A stretch of DNA of 64,000 bases from an uncultured Methanosarcinales archaeon (lineage in GTDB: Archaea > Nanobdellota > Nanobdellia > Woesearchaeales > CAZYIM01), in contig CAZYIM010000008.1 in assembly GCA_964647565.1 (NCBI GenBank), positions 3,072 to 67,071 on the forward strand, in the 5' to 3' direction. Position numbers and translations under genes: made by a program. The notes under the pieces were generated by a model. It was not told where the DNA came from and searched no databases. It saw only the letters and a list, made by a program, of their open reading frames with translations. This document shows, piece by piece, positions 29,101 through 37,920 of this stretch. The stretch's first letter is position 1. Each line of letters starts with the position of its first letter.

Positions 29101-29574
29101 TTTATTTCTACCTCCTAAATCTGGCAATTCGATTACAAAAGAACATTCGATAAGATCTCCTCCTATTTTTCTTATTAACTTAGCTGAGGCCCCCGCGGTA
29201 CCTGCGGTCGCAATCAGATCGTCTACAAGCAACACCTTGTCACCTTCCAGGATAGCATCTTTATGGACCTCGACTGCATCCTTGCCGTACTCCAGCTCAT
29301 ACTCTTCCTTGACGGTTTCTGCAGGCAGTTTGCCTGGCTTTCTTATCAGCACAAAACCTAGTCCTAGTTTGTAGGCAAGCACAGAGCCAAAGATAAAACC
29401 CCTGCTCTCGATACCCGCAATCTTGTCTATCTTCATATCCTTGTATCTTTCGTAGAATTGATCGCAGGTCTGCTTGAAGGCCTCTGGATGCTTTAGAAGC
29501 GTTGTAATATCCCTAAACATAACACCCTTGATCGGAAAGTCGGGCACTGTTCTGATAGTTGATTTTAAATCCAT
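29047..29574 (-). CDS. apt: Adenine phosphoribosyltransferase
   Basis: PDFP..GVMFRDITTLL, IESRGF, RKPGKLP, YELEYG, VDDLIAT.GT. Confidence 0.97.
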   Translation of the reverse strand: MDLKSTIRTVPDFPIKGVMFRDITTLLKHPEAFKQTCDQFYERYKDMKIDKIAGIESRGFIFGSVLAYKLGLGFVLIRKPGKLPAETVKEEYELEYGKDAVEVHKDAILEGDKVLLVDDLIATAGTAGASAKLIRKIGGDLIECSFVIELPDLGGRNKLEKQGLKVHSMIQFEGD

Positions 29575-29666
29575 ATTGATCACCCCGATTGAAGTTTCTT
29601 GTACTGATTTATATATTTTACCAAAGGGAGATGAAGGGGGGATGTATTTTATTAAATGGTGATAGA

Positions 29667-29748
29667 AAAATCACAACAACATTGGCACAGACGGATTCCT
29701 TTACGGAATCCTACTTGCCTTTGGCTCGCCTGGCCATGTTGTGATTTT
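29667..29748 (-). ncRNA. Three-way-junction motif, copy 1
   Basis: Plus strand GGCACAGAC-GGATTCC/GGAATCC-TACT-GCC/GGC-CGCCTGGCC, closed by AAAATCACAACA/TGTTGTGATTTT; RNA versus DNA unresolved. Confidence 0.55.
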
Positions 29749-29821
29749 CCAGCGCTTTGGCTGCCCACGAATGTTTCTTCGATGAGTAAATATTATATAT
29801 TAGCTTTACTTCCCCTCTTCC

Positions 29822-30295
29822 ATGGAGGGTTGTACTTTTTGTGAAATCTATGAGAAGAAGGTGAATATTATCAACGAGAATGAACATTTCTATTCTAGGT
29901 TTGACCTCTTTCCAGTCTCTCCAGGTCATGTAGAAATAATCCCTAAGAAACATATTGTCTCGCTTTTGGATCTTACTAATGAAGAGTGGGCGAATCTGCA
30001 GCAAGCCATAGATCATACGTGGAAGATCGTTCAACTGGCTGACAAGGCCAAGGTCTATGAAAATCTGTTAGAGAGTCCGTATAACAAGAAATCAGAAGTG
30101 TATCTTCGATTGATGCTGGAACATCCTGCTATTGATTTAAAGCCAAGAGATTTCAACTCAGGCAATAATGATGGGCCTGCTGCTGGCAGGACAATTGACC
30201 ATCTGCATTATCACATAATTCCTAGATACGCGGGTGATATGGAGAAACCTCTTGGCGGCATTAGGAATATCATCCCTGGTATGGGTAGATATTGA
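29822..30295 (+). CDS. HIT-family hydrolase
   Basis: CTFC, PVSPGH, AAGRTIDHLHYHIIPR. Confidence 0.92.
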   Translation: MEGCTFCEIYEKKVNIINENEHFYSRFDLFPVSPGHVEIIPKKHIVSLLDLTNEEWANLQQAIDHTWKIVQLADKAKVYENLLESPYNKKSEVYLRLMLEHPAIDLKPRDFNSGNNDGPAAGRTIDHLHYHIIPRYAGDMEKPLGGIRNIIPGMGRY

Positions 30296-30372
30296 TTCTA
30301 TTGGTGGTTATTTATCTACTTCTGAGTGGTAAAAACAAAACATTTATAAACTCATTCTATTGCTTTAACATC

Positions 30373-31200
30373 ATGGTTAAAATTGAAGCTCCTTTGTTGA
30401 CAACGTATTTTGTCAGGCACCAGGAATCAGTCCAGAACAAACAAGGTTTTGGACCTTCTGATACTGATCTGACTGAGGAAGGCAAGCAAAACGTCAGGGA
30501 TATAGTCAAATTGTTCAACCATGTTGGTGTTGATAATATCGACTATATATTTTGTGGCGATCTGAAAAGACATGATCAGACGTTAAATGCACTTCTTGAT
30601 CAAATAGATTTCAAAGGACATATACGATTTGATGAAAAATTGAATGCATTCTTTAATCATCCTATGTTAGAAGGTGATCCTGAAAAGACTGAAAAAGAGT
30701 ATGATCTTGCAAGATTCAAGAGAGGAGACAATGGCCTTTACGAAATCAGATTATCTGATAATAAAACTCTCGGCTTTGATCCCCAAGGAACAGGCGTTTA
30801 TCCATTTGATCCTCTTTATTCCTGGGCGTATTTTGATAAGGATATAAGACAAGCAGTATTTCCTGATGTGCAGGATTTGGCTACGTTTGATGAAGTTGAG
30901 AGGAAGGTAAAAATGTTCCAGGCCTCATTGATTCACGAGATCAAACCTGCAAGACCGCAGAATGTGGTTGCAATCTCTTCCTGTTCGCCAAGCGGTTATA
31001 ATCTGGAATATTCTGCCTTTGAAACTATTGGTGAAAACTTGTTTGTATCTTTGGGCAGTGAGAATAATTCGATTTTCTATCAAAAACATGATGAACTGAT
31101 GATTCTTGGATATTCTCGAGAGGATTATCTTCAGAACAATGATAAACTTAGAGTAATAGAAGGAAATATAAAGATCAAGAATTTTATTAATAGAACATGA
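30373..31200 (+). CDS. Histidine phosphatase superfamily protein
   Basis: YFVRHQES, DLTEEG, DLKRHDQT. Confidence 0.75.
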   Translation: MVKIEAPLLTTYFVRHQESVQNKQGFGPSDTDLTEEGKQNVRDIVKLFNHVGVDNIDYIFCGDLKRHDQTLNALLDQIDFKGHIRFDEKLNAFFNHPMLEGDPEKTEKEYDLARFKRGDNGLYEIRLSDNKTLGFDPQGTGVYPFDPLYSWAYFDKDIRQAVFPDVQDLATFDEVERKVKMFQASLIHEIKPARPQNVVAISSCSPSGYNLEYSAFETIGENLFVSLGSENNSIFYQKHDELMILGYSREDYLQNNDKLRVIEGNIKIKNFINRT

Positions 31201-32657
31201 AGCCTTTCATCAATCTGGGTACTAGAAACAAAGGCACTTTCTGGGAATATTTGAGCGCTTATTCTTTTCGGCATACCAAACTTCCTATAACTAAATATGA
31301 AATTTCCTCGTTTCTTGGTTATGGGGCTGGCGAGCCAAACATGCATTGCCATAATAAAGATGTGATTGAGCAAACCATTAAATTGATGATGGCTGAATTC
31401 AACCAAGGCAAATACAATCAGAAATTCTTTAATATTCTGGATGCAGTCTATCGTTTGCCATATGATGATATTAAAATAAAACTGAAAACATCTCTACCTA
31501 AGAATCTGCTTGATATAATAAATCTCTTTGAGACTGTTTTCAAAGCAATGGCAGAAACTCATAAGCCCATGTTGTTGGCATTGAAATCACAATACCTGAA
31601 CAATTTTTTCCGTGAAGAACTAAAAAAGGTTTTGAGTAAGAGTGAAAAAAACAGGCTTGTTGAATATACAACACTGCTTCTTACACCAACCAAGCTAACA
31701 TTTGTTCAAATGGAAGAAACCAAATTGTTCGAGCTTCATAAAGAATTTGAAACCTTATATGAAACAAAAAGCAAATCTTTGTTTAAGGAATTTTGTCGAT
31801 TACCAAATATTCAGAAAAAATTAAAGACATTGGCTCGAAGTTATGGTTGGTTTCATATGGAATACTCTCAGTTGCCCTGGGATGTTAAAGAGCATGAAGC
31901 ACACTTATGGAACCGGATTGAAAAAAGTTCTGAAATTAAGGCGCCAGCAATTAAGATAACAGAAGCAAAACTTGCACAAAAAGAATTCTTTAAGCGACAT
32001 CCGGATTCAGAAAGATTGAAAAAATTGACTTTCGCTCTACAGGAATTCTCGATGATTCTAGACTTTTCAAAAGCAATTGTGATCCATGAGTCTTACCTTG
32101 CAAGGCCATTGTTTAATGAGATAGCAAGAAGATTAGATATTAGCTGGAATGAGCTGCTCTATTTGACCATGCCAGAGATAGTGGATCTTCTGAAGAAAGA
32201 TTGCAAGGCCGACAAGACACTAATCGCTCTGAGGAAGAAACACAGATTAGTCTTGCAGCGGGATGGCAAGATTCGTGTCTATCAGGGGCCAGAAGCATTG
32301 AAGCTTGCAGAACAGCTGATTGATGACCAATCAGATCAAGAAGAGATCCGTGGCGTTATTGGTTGCCAGGGAAAATATAAGGGTGAGGTAATAATCATTC
32401 GCTCGATAAAGGATAAAGCTAAGTTTCGCAAAGGCGCTGTCTTAGTGACACATGATGGATCTGCAGAGATGACCATGTTCCTTAAGCAGGCAGGTGCAAT
32501 TGTTACAGAACAGGGAGGTATGATCTGTCATGCTGCGATTGTTGCCAGGGAGATGAAGATTCCGTGTATTGTGGGCACTAAGAATGCAACAAAACTTCTG
32601 AAAGACGGTGACCTGGTCGAAATCGATGCGTTTAGGGGAACAGTGAAAAAGATCTGA
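31197..32657 (+). CDS. PEP-utilising mobile domain protein, second paralog
   Basis: VTEQGGMICHAAIVARE.KIPCIVGT; ATGA overlap with the phosphatase gene. Confidence 0.88.
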   Translation: MKPFINLGTRNKGTFWEYLSAYSFRHTKLPITKYEISSFLGYGAGEPNMHCHNKDVIEQTIKLMMAEFNQGKYNQKFFNILDAVYRLPYDDIKIKLKTSLPKNLLDIINLFETVFKAMAETHKPMLLALKSQYLNNFFREELKKVLSKSEKNRLVEYTTLLLTPTKLTFVQMEETKLFELHKEFETLYETKSKSLFKEFCRLPNIQKKLKTLARSYGWFHMEYSQLPWDVKEHEAHLWNRIEKSSEIKAPAIKITEAKLAQKEFFKRHPDSERLKKLTFALQEFSMILDFSKAIVIHESYLARPLFNEIARRLDISWNELLYLTMPEIVDLLKKDCKADKTLIALRKKHRLVLQRDGKIRVYQGPEALKLAEQLIDDQSDQEEIRGVIGCQGKYKGEVIIIRSIKDKAKFRKGAVLVTHDGSAEMTMFLKQAGAIVTEQGGMICHAAIVAREMKIPCIVGTKNATKLLKDGDLVEIDAFRGTVKKI

Positions 32658-32662
32658 TCACT

Positions 32663-32941
32663 TTACTTTTGCCCGCAACAGTTCTTGTTTAATGGCTTGT
32701 ATAACAATTCCCCTTTGTCGTCGACTGCTCCACATCTGGTGATCATCATGGCCATGTTTTCTTCGACAGCAACTTTAAAGAGTTTACTAGATGTTGGACA
32801 TGAACTATAAGGTGGATTATCTTTTTTCCTGTCGCAATTGTAACAGAGGCATTCTTCTCGCCTGGCCTCATCCATTTCTTTATTTGCCCAGATCTTAGGA
32901 GGAATCTCCTTTTTTGGGTTTGCAATTAATTCTATTCCCAT
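32663..32941 (-). CDS. Small Cys-rich hypothetical protein
   Basis: CLCYNC..CP..RCG; GGGGGAG SD. Confidence 0.65.
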   Translation of the reverse strand: MGIELIANPKKEIPPKIWANKEMDEARREECLCYNCDRKKDNPPYSSCPTSSKLFKVAVEENMAMMITRCGAVDDKGELLYKPLNKNCCGQK

Positions 32942-32959
32942 TTTTTAACTCCCCCACCT

Positions 32960-33694
32960 CTATTTTTTCTTAACAACCTCTCCGAAAGCATCTCCATAAA
33001 GAGTGTAACTAGTGATGCCCATAAAACCCGAGTAGATGATTGATAGTATGAAGTAGATTAAGAAAGCAAATCCAGTCCATATTAGCGGTATAGTGCCGCT
33101 GCCCATCACTATTGAGGGTAATGAGATCAGCCTATAGATTATCTGCAGTACGGTGGATCCTACAATGGAATACGCAAGGATTATCAGCCAGGCAATAAGA
33201 TATGATTGGGTGAATGCACGTTTGAAGATCAACTTAAAGTTAAATGCATCTCCAAATTTATTCTTATTGATAAAATGCATGATCGCCATTGGTGATATAT
33301 AGCCATAAAAGACAGCAAAGATCACGAAAAACAGTAACAATACAAGGAAGATCAGTATTGCAACAACTATCGTTCCAGTACCAGTTAATGTTGATGCGCC
33401 TGTGCTGAACAATTTTAGTGAGAGTACAATCACAATAGCAATTGCTATTACAATTAGTATGGGTATACAATAGATGATAAGTATTATAGAGCCTAAAAGT
33501 CCGTTTACCCAGAGCTGGCTCCAGTTTTTCCATTCTGGCAGCTCAAACTTTTTTTTCATAGCAGACTTTGCACATTCAAAAAAATATCCTATTGTCCAGA
33601 AATTAATAATTGGTAGCCAACAAAGAAGAATCGCGATCAGGAGTTTCTTGAAATCTTTTAGAGGCCTTTTTAGTGCCAGAACAATTTCAACCAT
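32960..33694 (-). CDS. DUF4013-like membrane protein
   Basis: IGY, LPEWKNW..LWVNGL, DAFNF. Confidence 0.8.
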   Translation of the reverse strand: MVEIVLALKRPLKDFKKLLIAILLCWLPIINFWTIGYFFECAKSAMKKKFELPEWKNWSQLWVNGLLGSIILIIYCIPILIVIAIAIVIVLSLKLFSTGASTLTGTGTIVVAILIFLVLLLFFVIFAVFYGYISPMAIMHFINKNKFGDAFNFKLIFKRAFTQSYLIAWLIILAYSIVGSTVLQIIYRLISLPSIVMGSGTIPLIWTGFAFLIYFILSIIYSGFMGITSYTLYGDAFGEVVKKK

Positions 33695-33757
33695 TTTGTT
33701 ATTCTTTTCCTTTGATTAATACTTTATAAAATTATCGAAACACATTCTATCAGAAAC

Positions 33758-33900
33758 GACTCTATCCAGAAAGGAGGATTTATCCCGCCTAGCGTAGCCG
33801 AGTGTTTAGGATCTGATTAAAATAGGATCGGTTTACAGTCGATAACATAATGGGTGCGAAGCGCGGGAAAATTCTCTGCGTGAGCATTCTGGACAGAGCA
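33758..33900. mobile_element. MITE family A, copy 2 (143 bp)
   Basis: Homologous to 4534-4677; direct repeat TCAGAAAC at 33750-33757 and 33901-33908. Confidence 0.88.
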
Positions 33901-34005
33901 TCAGAAACGAAAAATTTATATATATTATTTGTTAGAATCTTAGTATTGTAATGAACACGCAAAACAATTTCTGTAATTTTTATAAACAAGAAACATGTCT
34001 ATAAA

Positions 34006-34110
34006 ATGAGTCCGCTGGATGAATCCCAACCATTAGATCGATGTAAGCATTGTGGAGCAAAGATTTCTCCTGATGATGTAATCTGTCCCAAGTGTGGTGC
34101 AGATATATAG
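34006..34110 (+). CDS. Zinc-ribbon microprotein (34 aa)
   Basis: MSPLDESQPLDRCKHCGAKISPDDVICPKCGADI*; TATA ~25 nt upstream; absent from ORF track. Confidence 0.75.
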   Translation: MSPLDESQPLDRCKHCGAKISPDDVICPKCGADI

Positions 34111-34122
34111 AATTTGTTTTTT

Positions 34123-34899
34123 TTATTCTTTCTTGTCTGCTTCAGGCTTTGCATCAGCTGGTTTTCCTTCTTCAGCTTTACCTTCACCAGGAGCAGCCGC
34201 AGCTTCTTCAGCAGGCACGACCTTGTTGATGACAACCTCTGAGATTTCAGCTTCTCGCATCTTATCAACAATGGAAGACCTTGTCTTACCGGTCATAGAT
34301 GCTAGTATCTCTTTGGCTTTCTTTTCTTCTTCTTCATGTTTCTTGACAAGCTCTTCTTGGAGTTTCTTTTTCTCTTCTTCCAAAGCAGCTCTCTCTTCAT
34401 CAGACAACTCTGTCTTTTCCTCTTTGATTTCCTTGTCAAACTTACCTTCATCAATCAGCTTAAAGGCTTCAGATGCCTTGACACCTTCAACCATGATGCC
34501 CATAGAATTACAGGTTCCGACTATTTCCTTGATTTTCTCTTTCATGGTTTTTCCTAAAAGAGCGTCTTCCTTCATCTTAGCGATCTTGATAACTTGAACA
34601 ATGGCCAGGTCTGCAATAAGCTCTGATTGAGGTACTCCTGATCCTTTTTCAACGCCTGCTTCTTTCTTGATTAGTGAAGCTGCGGGTGGAGTTCCTATAG
34701 AAATCTCGAAAGCCTTGGTGTCAGAGTCTATGATGACTTTGACTGGTACCTGCATTCCCTTAAAGGCCTCGGTCTTTTTGTTTATCTCTGCAACTACTTC
34801 GCCGATATTTACGCCTTTAGGTCCTAGAGCAGGTCCTAGTGGAGGTGCAGCTGTTGCCTTTCCTCCTTCTACCAATGCTTCTACAGTTTCCTTTGCCAT
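34123..34899 (-). CDS. rpl11: 50S ribosomal protein L11 with long C-terminal extension
   Basis: VEGGKATAAPPLGPALGP, GMQVPVK, EIVGTCNSMG. Confidence 0.96.
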   Translation of the reverse strand: MAKETVEALVEGGKATAAPPLGPALGPKGVNIGEVVAEINKKTEAFKGMQVPVKVIIDSDTKAFEISIGTPPAASLIKKEAGVEKGSGVPQSELIADLAIVQVIKIAKMKEDALLGKTMKEKIKEIVGTCNSMGIMVEGVKASEAFKLIDEGKFDKEIKEEKTELSDEERAALEEEKKKLQEELVKKHEEEEKKAKEILASMTGKTRSSIVDKMREAEISEVVINKVVPAEEAAAAPGEGKAEEGKPADAKPEADKKE

Positions 34900-34947
34900 A
34901 ATAGTTCTCAGGAAAAACAGGGCATTTATAAAGGTTATGAAAACCTG

Positions 34948-35136
34948 GGCTATTATGAAAACCTCTGGATTTTTATGTTCGTCTGTGCCATTGTTGTCAT
35001 TGTTTTCGACTGAAAAGGAGAACAACAATGGAAAGGCCAGACGTAATCGACGAGGTTAAGCTATAAAATAGCTTTGTTCTCGTCGATGTAGTAGGACATG
35101 AAAATCCTAAAAGAAGTAAAGGGTTTCATAATAGCC
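34948..35136. mobile_element. MITE family B (189 bp) carrying the permuted junction motif
   Basis: TIR GGCTATTATGAAA / TTTCATAATAGCC; 9-bp direct repeat GAAAACCTG at 34939-34947 and 35137-35145. Confidence 0.85.
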
Positions 35137-35152
35137 GAAAACCTGTAACTAA

Positions 35153-36286
35153 TCATCCAAGCTTTTCTGTGATCAGACACTTGGGTTTATCAATAAAAAT
35201 GTGTGCGCATTTGTCTCCTTTTAGTTCTGATTCCAGATTGTTTCTGATTTTCCAGTATTCATCTGGAGGAAAACTTGCGTGTAGTACTGCTTTACCGTAA
35301 TTCATCTTTTCCAATTCTTCTTTTAAGTCTGTAAATATACATGATTTGATCAGTTTAAACCCTGTCAAGAAAGTATTATTTATTTGCGCATCACAGGTTA
35401 TCAAGACCTTGCCGAAGTCGAGTTTTTTTGCATTTGGAGTATTCTCTAAGGATCTTAAAAGGATGTCAAGCATATTTGCTTTAAGTATGGCTTTGTCCGG
35501 ATCATATATGAATTTCCTTGGTGTTTTTGAAAAACCTGAGCATTCTATAATTTTGCCGTCCCAGTTAAGCATTGCTTCTTCTGGTAGGGCTACTACTGAG
35601 GTCCTACACTTAGCTAGCTTACCGAAATAAGTGGTAAGTCTATTTAGAGAGTTATTAATAGATATATATTCAAGTTCACAATCTTCTGGAGGCTCTTTGA
35701 GCTGGGGTGGAAGCTCAAGTGAAAGATTGGCCTTGATTTTTTGGCTTGTGCTTAAGAGAAATCCGAGCTTGGGTGAAATGTTCTCGATATTCCTCGATTT
35801 TTCACTTGGTGCTCTTTCTGGATCACAGAATACAATATTAGCATCTTTTATCTTGCTTAGTTCTTCTTCTGCCAGCCCATGGATAAAAATAACATTATGT
35901 GATCCTGCTTGTTTGATATTAAATTTAGCATACTCTATTTTTCTTTTATCCTTCTCAATAGCATATACCTTGTCACATTTTTTTGCAAATGCAAGAGTTT
36001 GGATGCCAATTCCACATCCAACATCCACAAGGGTTTTGCACTTTAACCGTCTTGCTCTGTATTCTGCTACCAGAGGATTGGTTGCAAATCTTAGGTCATT
36101 TTTTTGATAGATAAAATTATCAGGTAGGTGTTTGGTCTTTTTTCCAATTATCCTGGCTTTGGCTATCTCATAGGCTTCTGAATCATACTCTTTTCCCAGA
36201 TTGTCAACTATCTGTTCTTGAGAATATCCTGCCCTAAGCCAATCCTCTATTCTTCTGGCTGTTTTAAGAAGAGACTTAAATCCCAT
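35153..36286 (-). CDS. Class I SAM methyltransferase with THUMP-like C-terminal domain
   Basis: RFAT..VA.YRA.R, VDVGCGIG, FCDPER, IYDPDKA. Confidence 0.8.
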   Translation of the reverse strand: MGFKSLLKTARRIEDWLRAGYSQEQIVDNLGKEYDSEAYEIAKARIIGKKTKHLPDNFIYQKNDLRFATNPLVAEYRARRLKCKTLVDVGCGIGIQTLAFAKKCDKVYAIEKDKRKIEYAKFNIKQAGSHNVIFIHGLAEEELSKIKDANIVFCDPERAPSEKSRNIENISPKLGFLLSTSQKIKANLSLELPPQLKEPPEDCELEYISINNSLNRLTTYFGKLAKCRTSVVALPEEAMLNWDGKIIECSGFSKTPRKFIYDPDKAILKANMLDILLRSLENTPNAKKLDFGKVLITCDAQINNTFLTGFKLIKSCIFTDLKEELEKMNYGKAVLHASFPPDEYWKIRNNLESELKGDKCAHIFIDKPKCLITEKLG

Positions 36287-36330
36287 AAGGTATGGTCAAG
36301 ATATTTGGATTAAAAAAGTTATTGATTATG

Positions 36331-36473
36331 GGCTCTGTTCAGCAAGGAGGATTTATCCTGCCTAGCGTAGCCAAGTGTTTAGGATCTGATTAAAATAGAA
36401 TCGGTTTACAGCAGATAACATAATGGGTGCGAAGCGCGGGAAAATTCTCTGCAAAATCATTCTGGACCGAGTC
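36331..36473. mobile_element. MITE family A, copy 3 (143 bp)
   Basis: Homologous to the other two copies; flanks TGATTATG (36323-36330) and TGATTATC (36474-36481). Confidence 0.85.
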
Positions 36474-36517
36474 TGATTATCGATACATTTTTATTATCTT
36501 ATTTAATTCTCAGATTC

Positions 36518-36706
36518 ATGGTTGTGCTTGAGGATAACGGCCGATGTGTGATTCGCTATGAACAGGGTTGGATGAAAGCCAGCTACCATACTATCGGTAA
36601 AGAGACTATTGATGATAACACCAGACTCCAAGCAGCTAAAATGATGATTTATTCTTCAATCAAGCTATTGTTGGGTGCTTATACTGATCGCATCAACCAT
36701 GATTAA
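36518..36706 (+). CDS. Small hypothetical protein
   Basis: 62-aa ORF filling the gap, TATA-like sequence upstream. Confidence 0.4.
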   Translation: MVVLEDNGRCVIRYEQGWMKASYHTIGKETIDDNTRLQAAKMMIYSSIKLLLGAYTDRINHD

Positions 36707-36748
36707 AGATTGACAAACTTTAAAAGATAATTAATCTTTCTTAGGTGC

Positions 36749-37615
36749 ATGAAAGTTCTTATCCTTGGAGGTAGCGGATATCTGGGTTCTAAGCTTATGG
36801 AAAAATGGAAGAATAGGCATGATGTATTGGGTACCTATTTTAACAATGAACATGAGGGCTTGGTGGAATTAGATATTCGAGATAAAGACCGGTTGGTCAG
36901 GACAACAGTCGGTTTTAAGCCAGACATCATTGTGAACACCTCTGCTTTTTCAAGTGTTGATTTCTGTGAAGATCATCCTAAAAAAGCATTAGATCTCAAC
37001 ACAAAAGCTGTAAGGACATTGTCAGATCTTTGTGAGTATGATGGTATTAAATTGATCCACATCTCGTCAGGTTCTATTTTTAAGGGTGATGTTGGCAACT
37101 ATTCTGAGAATGACCTTCCTGATCCTATAAATACGTATGGATTAACAAAGGGTCTTGCTGACAGGCATCTGATAGAAAAAAATGATAACTATATCATTGC
37201 CAGAGTCAGTCTGTTATATGGTCATAAGGATCCTGAAGGTAAGAAATTTGCAGATTGGATATTGAATAATTTACGCAATGGAACTGAACTTGACCTCGCT
37301 GTCGATACTTTTTGCAGTCCAGGTGTTACAGAAGATGTTGCGAGTGCTCTTGAAACCCTTATAGACAAGGGAAGAACAGGGATATACAATATTGCTGGCC
37401 CTGAAATAATAAGCAAGTATGATTTTGCCATTAAGATTGCACAAATATATGGTCTGAATGAGAATCTGATAAAACCCATTAAACAAGCAGACTTAAGGGG
37501 ATTAGCTCCCAGGGCTGCAGATGTTTCATTAAACATCAATAAATTGACTTTAGAAGGGATCAAGATGCGAAATATTTATGAAGGTATTAATTTTATGAAA
37601 GATTGTGGGGTGTGA
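36749..37615 (+). CDS. rfbD: dTDP-4-dehydrorhamnose reductase family SDR
   Basis: GGSGYLG, PINTYGLTK (YxxxK). Confidence 0.85.
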   Translation: MKVLILGGSGYLGSKLMEKWKNRHDVLGTYFNNEHEGLVELDIRDKDRLVRTTVGFKPDIIVNTSAFSSVDFCEDHPKKALDLNTKAVRTLSDLCEYDGIKLIHISSGSIFKGDVGNYSENDLPDPINTYGLTKGLADRHLIEKNDNYIIARVSLLYGHKDPEGKKFADWILNNLRNGTELDLAVDTFCSPGVTEDVASALETLIDKGRTGIYNIAGPEIISKYDFAIKIAQIYGLNENLIKPIKQADLRGLAPRAADVSLNINKLTLEGIKMRNIYEGINFMKDCGV

Positions 37616-37617
37616 AC

Positions 37618-37920
37618 ATGGAAACGAATGATAAAGATTTTGAGACTGACATTAACAAAGGTAAGGTGATAGTGGATTTCTGGGCTTCATGGTGTTTTCC
37701 GTGCAGGGCCTTTGGGCCTGTTTTTGAGGAGACCTGTAAGGATTATGAGGATATTAAGTTTCTTAAGATGAACACAGAGGATAATCCAGATACTGCAACC
37801 AAGCTTAATGTGATGAGCCTGCCTACAATAATATTCTTTAAGGATGGCCAGGAAGTTAAACGCGAAGTTGGATTGCAGTCAAAGGACGCATTTAAAAGCC
37901 TCATTGAGGAAGCATTCTGA
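37618..37920 (+). CDS. trxA: Thioredoxin
   Basis: VDFWASWCFPC, VMSLPT. Confidence 0.92.
   Translation: METNDKDFETDINKGKVIVDFWASWCFPCRAFGPVFEETCKDYEDIKFLKMNTEDNPDTATKLNVMSLPTIIFFKDGQEVKREVGLQSKDAFKSLIEEAF

Noticed and set aside
29684-29735. Hammerhead ribozyme or 5S rRNA fragment
   Set aside because: No CUGANGA/GAAA core; the 5S-like words GCCAGGC and AGTAGG are in the wrong order.
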